DNA from: Aplysia californica
Lineage: Eukaryota
Length of the DNA: 39,368 bases
Direction: 5' to 3'
NCBI RefSeq assembly: GCF_000002075.1
Contig: NW_004797871.1
Location: forward strand, 360,340-399,707
The notes beneath the pieces are model-generated. The model searched no databases, was not told where the DNA came from, and saw only the letters and a program-made list of their open reading frames with translations. Positions 31,699 through 39,368 of the stretch are shown piece after piece. Every line of letters begins with the position of its first letter. Position 1 is the stretch's first letter. The position numbers and the translations under genes are program-made.

Positions 31699-34600
31699 GG
31701 TGTGTTCGTCCTTCCTGAGGGAAGAAGACCTTCTTCATCATATCCGGGGGGTGGGGTGGGTCCTCAGGTGGCTGATTAAGCCAATCTTCGCCTTGAAGGT
31801 CATTGGGCAGTGAGGGCAAGGTAGCGCTGTATTGCGGGAGCACTGCTTGCACGGGACTTTCTTGTTGCGCGCTTGCTCTTCGCTGTTTCCAGACGCCGTG
31901 ATTCATACGCTGCCGCTCCCTTGCTGATGGCTCCACGCCAGGCTGCACGGTTTTGGGCTGTCGTTTCCCACGAGTTGTGGTCAATGCCGAAGTCTTTCAG
32001 AGAGGCCTTCAGGGTGTCTTTAAACCGCTTCTTCTGACCTCCATGGGAGCGTGCTCCAGTCTGAAGTTCTCCATATAGGATGCGTTTTGGCAGACGCTCG
32101 ACTGGCATTCTGACTACGTGGCCAGCCCAGCGGAGTTGTGTCTTTCGGAGCATTGTGAAGATGCTCGACATACCTGTCTGCTCGAGGATTTCAGTGTCTG
32201 GGACTTTGTCCTGCCACTTCACTCTGAGCAGTTTGCGGAGGCAGTTGAGGTGAAATCGGTTGAGTTTCTTGGCGTGCCTCTGGTATACTGTCCAGGTCTC
32301 GCTTGCATATAGTAGTGTGGTGAGGACAATGGCTTTGTAGACACTGAGCTTTGCGTTCCCACACTGATAAATGTAGACGTCCAAACGCAGAACTCGCCTT
32401 TGCAATTCTAGAATGGGTCTCATCGTTGATGTGCACACTGCGAGAAAGAGTGCTGCCTAGGTACACAAACTTGTCCACAGTTGCTAGCTTCTGCCCGTTC
32501 ACTGTCACAGTAGGTTCTTGGTAGGGGTTTTTCGGTGCAGGCTGATACATAACCTCTGTCTTCTTCGTACTGATGGTGAATCCGAAGTTGCTGCATGCAT
32601 TGGAGAACAGATCCATGGAGTGCAAAAAATCTTCCGCACTTCCAGCGTTCAAGGCACAGTCATCAGCAAAGAGGAAGTCTCTTAGCTTGTCAACATGGAC
32701 TTTTGTTTTGGCTTGCAGTCTTTTGAGGTTGAATAGCCTCCCATCAGTTTGATATCGGATGTCCATGCCTGGGTTGGCTTCTCGAAAGGCATCTGTAAGC
32801 ATAGCTGAGAACAACATGCTAAACAATGTTGGGGCAAGAACACAGCCTTGTTTCACTCCGTTTGTGACAGGGAAGGAAGTGGAAGATTCTCTGTCGTCAA
32901 GAACTTGTGCTTGCATTCCATCGTGAAGCTGTCGGACCACTTGGATGAATTTGTCTGGGCATCCGAACTTGCTCATGATCTTCCAGAGACCGTCGCAACT
33001 GACGGTGTCGAATGCTTTGGTGAGATCGACAAATGTTTTGTATAGGTCGACATTTTGTTCCTGGCACTTTTCCTGCAGCTGGCGCGCAGCAAATATCATG
33101 TCGGTGGTACCTCGCTCTTTCCTGAATCCACACTGGCTCTCTGGAAGTAGGCGCTGCTCAAGATGATCGATGAGCCGACGTTCCAGCTATGCAGAGGAGA
33201 GAGATGCCTCTGTGATTGTCGCACACCTGTCTGTTGCCTTTCCGTTTGTAAAGGTGGATGATAGACGCATCTTTGAATTCCTGGGGGGCAATTTCCTGGT
33301 CCCATATGACGTCTATCAGTTGGTTCAACTTGTTGCGCAGCAGTGGTCCAGTATGCTTGTATACCTCTGCTGGGATTGCATCAGCACCTGGAGCCTTGCC
33401 AGAAGATAACTGATGGACGTCTTTCTCTAGTTCCGGTAGTGTTGGAGGGTTGCCCATGTTAAGGTTGATGGTGTTTTGGGGCAGTCTGTTGATAGCCTCC
33501 TCGTTGATGTGGGGGAGCCTATTTAGGACAGCATCAAAGTGCTCAGCCCATCTGTCAAGAATGTGGGCCTTCTCTGTCAGCAGTTTTTGTCCGTCCGCGC
33601 TCAGTAATGAAGATGAGCTCGCTGGTTGAGGTCCATACACCGTTTTGATGGCATCATAGAAAACCTTCATATCTTTATTGTCAGCGTAGTTTTGGATCTC
33701 TTCAGCCTTCTGCTTTAACCATGAGTCCTGCATTTGTCGTAGTTTCTGCTGGACTGTACTGCGAATGTTGTTGTAGGCAGCTTGGTTTGCAGGGGATTTG
33801 TTGTTTTCAAGCACTCTTTTGATCCTGTATTTTTCCTCCAGAAGGTTATTTATTTCGGCATTGTTTTCATCAAACCAGTCCTGGTGCTTGCGTTTGGTCT
33901 GGCCGATAGTCTCATAGGCTGTTCTATAGACCTCGTCCCGGAAGGCTTCCCAACTCTCTACAACGTTATCAGATATCTGAATTTGTTGTCCTCTTTCTTC
34001 CAGGGTCTCTTTTAACTCTGTACTGACTGCTTGCTTCTTCAGGCTTACAACGTTGAGGCGTTTGGGTGCTGGCTTCCCCTGGGGGCGTCGCTTGGGAAGT
34101 ATCCTGATGTTTATTTTTGAAATGATGAGGCGATGGTCCGTCCAACACTCTGCACCACACATGGCCTTGGTTACTCTGACGTCCTGTCTATCCCTTTGCC
34201 TGACGATGACATAGTCGATAAGGTGCCAGTGCTTAGAGCGGGGGTGCATCCATGACGTCCTGTTACGGGCAGGGAGACGGAACACTGTATTGGTAACCAG
34301 AAGTTCGTGTTCAGCACAAAGCTGCAGGAGGAGAAGGCCGTTGCTGTTACATCCACCAATGCCATTCTTACCAAGGATGTTCTCCAAGGACTGGTGGTCG
34401 ACACCGACTCGGGCATTGAAGTCGCCGAGAATGATCAACTTTTCAGTTTTTGGCACAGCTGTCACAAGGGAATTAAGTTTTTCATAGAACTGGTCCTTTA
34501 TATCGTCTGGGTTGGTCATGGTAGGTGCGTAGGCACTGATGATCGTGGCCTGTTTCTTTCCTGTGAGTGTCAGTTTCATGGTCATTATTCTGTCGTTGAT

Positions 34601-35835
34601 ACCTTGGGGGAGGCTGCTCAATTTGTTCACAAGTTCATTCCTCACTGCAAAGCCAAAGCCAGCTTCACGGCGGTCGTCTTTGGCTCGCCCACTCCAGAAG
34701 AATGTATAGCCTGCTCCAGTCTCCTTGAGCTGTCCCTCCTCGGCAAGGCGTGTCTCACTAAGGGCAGCAATGTCAACCTTATATCTTGCGAGTTCTCGAC
34801 CGACCAGTGCGGTTCTTCTCTCTGGTCTATTTGCCTGTGCGTTGTCCAGTAGGGTGCGCACATTCCATGTGCCAAAGATGAATGGCTTCATCTTGATCTT
34901 TTGCTTCTTGTTGTTCTAACCGCTGGTGTGGGATCCCCGCCAGCCGTGGCGTGTTGGCCAGGGTAGGTGAGGCAAGCAATTTTTGGGACACCTTTTCTAG
35001 TTCGCTCCTCATGCTATGGAGGTGAGCAGTGCGATCCTAAAAGGGGCTGCTCAGTCGCTCAGGGGGCTGCCAAATCTCGCTCTTGCCTCGGTTCAAGTGA
35101 AAGACGACCATATGGCCTGAGCCGCCTGTGTGCAGGTCTGCGTTTACAGCTCCCAGTGTATCCACACCTGCTGCTTCGTCGCTCGCCCATCGCCACAGAG
35201 CTTGGAAAAGTTGATGATGGGGGAGGAGGGAGAGGAAGGATGAAGTTGATGAAGATGACTTGCGCGTGAGTTGGATTAAAGTGAGGGAGAGTTGCGCATG
35301 GTCGTCAGCCTCACTCTCTTGTCCCGGCCCATCTGGGTCCAGTGGCAAGACAAAGTCAAGACGGCTGGAGATGAGAAGGGATGCAGTGAATGGCCAGCAG
35401 CGTCCTAGGTGTCTAACTGCGTCTTGTTTGCGCTCCACGGCGCTTTGCTGTATCCGCTTTTCTGTCCGTTGAACCAGTCAAGTGGTTTCTTCCGCGCCAT
35501 CCGCCGGATGCAGTCTTTTGTGTCAGTAGGTAGACAAGCCCCACCTCCCCAAGGACGAAGCAGCAAGTTGCTCTAAACATGACCATGGACCCAGGGTCTC
35601 GCACGTAGAGTTGTTCAGCACGCCCAGCACTTGGTGGGTTTGTGGTCAGAGTGTCCTTCTCCTAGATGAATTGTCTGTCAAGGCTCTCGAGCTCCATCTG
35701 CCCGGGTTTTGAAATGAGAGATTTCCTTCTCCTAGGCAGATTTACAACAAGTGGTTGTAGGCTCTGCCCGCCTTGCTCAGTTATACCGCCGAGGGCTCGG
35801 TCGCGACCATAGCAGGCTATTTCCGAGGCGGTCAA
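31699..35835 (-). mobile_element. Full-length RTE-clade non-LTR retrotransposon (4.1 kb)
   Basis: 11-bp TSD aaacttgtatt at 31688-31698 and 35836-35846, a ~0.9 kb 5' UTR, and a single APE-RT ORF. Confidence 0.96.
31738..34891 (-). pseudogene. RTE ORF (AP endonuclease, reverse transcriptase, C-terminal C2H2 finger) broken by three small deletions
   Basis: APE motifs GTWNVRTL, ALSETR, GDFNARVG, TDHRL. RT motifs FVDLTKAFDTV, GVKQGCVLAP, LFADDCAL, YLGS. Frameshifts near 33180, 32350 and 31830. Confidence 0.95.
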
Positions 35836-37157
35836 AAACTTGTATTATACCTGATGGGGAGGTCCAATATAAATTTCGTTAGCTATGGTTACACCTAATT
35901 GTTTTAGTATCTGATTTGAGATCTTCGGGGCTTTAAAATGTTGTTACAGATGTTGTGTTTTCGTGTCACACCTTACTCACCAGCTAACAGCTTTGAAGGG
36001 AGGCGTCTGAAGAAAAAAGGGCGCGCAAATAATGTTACACATAGGAGAAGCTGTCATTTGTGATCTGGTTTGTAAAGACGTCTTAGAGTGCTACGCAAAA
36101 CTTGAATCTTCCAAGCGGTCTGAGCTTTCAGCACTTCTCGCGACCTCATGGACCTTTCCTTTTATCGTACGTATATAAAAAACTTTCAGGTTAAGCTGCC
36201 TCACCAGGAGACCAATTGTCTGCAAAGCGTCAATGCCAGAGCCGCGTTACTAGTTTATAACCTCTGGGGTAGAGCCAATACGTAAACAACTTGGCCATAC
36301 ATGGGCACACCGTCGGTTCCTTTTTGCTGCAGTGTAAGTGTATTGAAGTATTGAAACATGGAAGTCTTTTGATATGAAATATTTTTCCTCGGTCTCGGGA
36401 GCCCCAGCATTACATAGACTTCTGACGGATTTAACCTAAAAGAAAAAAAAGAAAGAAAAGAACCCCCCCCCACCGAAATTTGAACGGAAAAAGGAGAACC
36501 ACGGCAACTCTACGTGGCTCTCTGACATTATGAATAGGGTCAAGCTGCACCAAGTGAGAGAGCGGCTACTTAGTTTGCACTGACGTTTATCCACAAAGCT
36601 GTACATTATTTTTTTGCTTGTTATTTGTGCAAAAATCTAACACCGACGCGAAGTATTTGGTTTTCATCAACAGCTTTGCTACGTCATAAAGCTATACACT
36701 ACTCTATAATCATGAATGTCGACAAAGATATTTGAGAAATATAGACAAAGTGACACCATTAGCTACATCAGTAGGCATTGTTCGTGCCGACATAAAAAAG
36801 GACGAAAGATATGAACTTGATAATTGTTAAAAAATCAATAAAAAGTTGATGATAATTAATCTAATTGTTTTCGGGCTGCACTTNNNNNNNNNNNNNNNNN
36901 NNNNNNNNNNNNNNNNNNNNNNNNNNNNNNNNNNNNNNNNNNNNNNNNNNNNNNNNNNNNNNNNNNNNNNNNNNNNNNNNNNNNNNNNNNNNNNNNNNNN
37001 NNNNNNNNNNNNNNNNNNNNNNNNNNNNNNNNNNNNNNNNNNNNNNNNNNNNNNNTTGCCGGTCTCAAAATGTATATCCAGCTAGTGTGTAAGGCCCTCT
37101 TCTTTAAAAATGTGGTGTATCTATCATTTGTAGAACCTTGTATAGGAGTGCCTCCAT

Positions 37158-37598
37158 GGGGGTTCTAGTGGTCTTGAAGTACGGTGTTTGCCTCTATTTC
37201 AAGTGGTTAGAATCCTGACAGCGACGAAAAAATCATATTCTCTAACATGTGTCCCTTTCACTTCCTTTCCCGTTTTCTCGTCCTGTTCTGTCATCTGCTT
37301 TCATCTCCACTTTCTCCCGCCAACCCTGGCCTCCTCTGGGCTCAACAATTTTTTCTTCTGACTCTTTCTACTGCTACTCCTGTCTCCTTCTTACTGCTGC
37401 CTTTCAGCCACACCCCAGATTTTAGAGTATATTAGATCGAACATTTGGCTTTTTCGGATAAGGGCTAAAAATCAGGGAGGTCGTGTGTGCATGTTGCGCA
37501 TGTTAAAGAACCTTTGGTGGTCCTTGAATAGACAAGAGTAGGCTCGGCTGCCACCCGGCAAAAGTCAAAATTAATTCCAACCCAAACTGAGAATACTC
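37158..37598 (+). mobile_element. Older, diverged copy of the Nin/Deu-domain SINE
   Basis: Homologous to 22632-23075 (ctttcagccacacccc; gaggtcgtgtgtgcatgttgcgcatgttaaagaacc). The 3' end is cut by a MITE. Confidence 0.75.
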
Positions 37599-37600
37599 TA

Positions 37601-38730
37601 TAGTCGGGTCAAAAATTCGTGGTGGCTCCTAGCTCTAATCATATTTTCCCACAATAATTAAGGCTAGATTAAAAACAGTTTTCTTCATAAATTTATATAA
37701 AATACTATATTTTTCCGTCACGCGGAAAATGTGATTGTTCACTGCAATTCGCGCTTCTCACACACATTTTGCATACGCATATGGCCTACGTCACAGTTCA
37801 CCAATGATACTTTTTATAGTGCGCTCAAAAGTTCGTGGCGCAACTTATCCTCAAATATCTCTTTAACGGGTGAATCACTGTCCCCCGTACTTTGCACAGC
37901 AGTTTGTATCAATTTGTCTTAACTTAATCATATTTTCCACAACAACTGAGGCTAGACTTAAAAACTTTTCTTCATAAATTAATAAAATACTATAAATCTC
38001 CATCACTCCGAAAATGGGGTTGTCCACAGCACTTCCCGCTTCCCACACGCATTTTGCATACGTCACAGCTCACCAATGACACTTTTTAGTGGCAAAACTA
38101 GTCACAAGAAATACATTATATATGAACACTCGTTCCATAAGCATAATGTTGAGATTAGAGAAACATGACAGACCTGCGTTTACACGCGATATTGCCTCAG
38201 CTATAGATCTAAACATTTTAAAACAATATGTAGAAAATACCCACTTACATTTTTTTGTTAAGCCAAATTGATTCAAGTCATTGTGCAAAAGCTGGAGAGT
38301 CTATGTTAGATAATTAGGAAATATTTGACAATAAGTTGCGTCATCAATTATTATTTTTGACCGCACTATAGTGGCAAAATTAGTTACAAGAAATTATTTA
38401 TATAGTGAATAACATTTTTTGTACTAAAGGTTTTCTAAATATGCGTGTGACGATTAGAAAAAAACAACAATAACGGACTTGCTTTTAAAAGAGATATTTT
38501 CTCAACTAGTGTAAACCTTTTCAAATCTTTAGAAACCACCCACCTAGATTTTCTTATTAGTATTAATTATTAAGGAATTTTCTAGAATACAGTCTTTTAA
38601 CGCGTGTTTACAAAATGTTGCTCTGTTAAGACAAATAGATACAAGTCATTGTGCAAAAGCTGGAGATTATATCTTCGACACCTTAGGAAATATTTGACAA
38701 TAAGTTGCGCCTCGAGTTTTTAACCCAACC
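37601..38730. mobile_element. MITE outer copy (same family as 14186-14816)
   Basis: Starts TA|tagtcgggtcaaaaattcgt. Its sequence resumes at 38371 after the inner copy. Confidence 0.75.
37817..38368. mobile_element. MITE inner copy inserted into the outer copy
   Basis: TA|tagtgcgctcaaaa...tttttgaccgcacta|TA, with TA at 37815-37816 and 38369-38370. Confidence 0.8.
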
Positions 38731-39368
38731 GCCGTCAGTATATAAAAATAACATTATTTATTAACATAGAGAAACTTCGAAGTAGGAATGAGGCAGCCTG
38801 AAGGCAAGTGATCCAAGGAAGTATACCGCCCCCCCCCCGGTAAAATACTTGAAAATCAGTTACTCTGAAGGTTGAAGAACCAGCAGTGACCCCTGAGATT
38901 TGGCAGGGGAACATACAGAAGAAACAAAGATCTTTAGAAAGTGCTTTCAAATTGTATATTAGGCCAAGTTGACACTTTGTCCCCTTTACAATCTTCAAAA
39001 TCATCAACTTTTAGTAATGGTACTCTATTGACAATATTTACAGTTTGTTAGCCATAGGCTGTTTTTTTTCCACCCGTTAATAAGGATTATGGTTGGTTAG
39101 AGAATTTGCGAGCTTAGTGCTATTTTACATTTACTCCGTTTTTTTTCCAGTTTTGATATAAATCGTCCTGAAGGCACTGGATTTCAGTTTCGAACTGGTG
39201 AGTTAGAACGAAATAAATCTGTAGATTGATACTGATGTCTTTATAAGTAAGGCAGGAAAAGTGTTTTGAAGATATTCACAGCAACTGGTTGTCGAGAGGC
39301 AAAGATTTGGTTTTAAAAAATCGATGCATTGTAATGCCGTTTAACCTAAACACGGTGTGAGAGTGAGA

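Noticed and set aside
34307-34852. 181-aa + strand ORF
   Set aside because: It is the antisense shadow of the RTE endonuclease region.
38755-39010. Purine-rich exon-like segment
   Set aside because: Stops occur in all three + frames, and the minus-strand ORF shows no recognisable motif.

Overview
Repeat-rich animal genomic DNA with assembly gaps. It is probably a lophotrochozoan, possibly a gastropod; this is inferred only from the Nin/Deu-domain SINEs, the RTE family and the TAGATC-rich tracts. No complete intact protein-coding gene is visible. The outstanding region is 0.4-11.1 kb, a tandemly amplified exon/intron array on the + strand. It has about 13 paralogous exon-like modules that nearly all keep AG/GT splice signals but share no ORF. 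Four modules are large exons, each folding into a ~230-bp imperfect hairpin with an excess of G-U pairs on the + strand. Each hairpin loop is UAGG/G-rich and carries an invariant 22-nt element containing the palindrome GCCATGGCCATGGC. The small exons are built from a GGAC-dense 20-nt repeat. This looks like a spliced, structured long non-coding RNA (hpRNA/endo-siRNA precursor or architectural lncRNA), which is a hypothesis needing expression data. The rest of the window holds a full-length but frameshifted RTE LINE with TSDs, a DD41D Tc1/mariner relic nested in a TTAA-flanked element, I-clade and L2 LINE fragments, tRNA-derived SINEs sharing the I-clade 3' tail, MITEs (one inserted into another copy of itself), two minisatellites, microsatellites, and a candidate TATA-driven signal-peptide first exon on the - strand at 26.5 kb.
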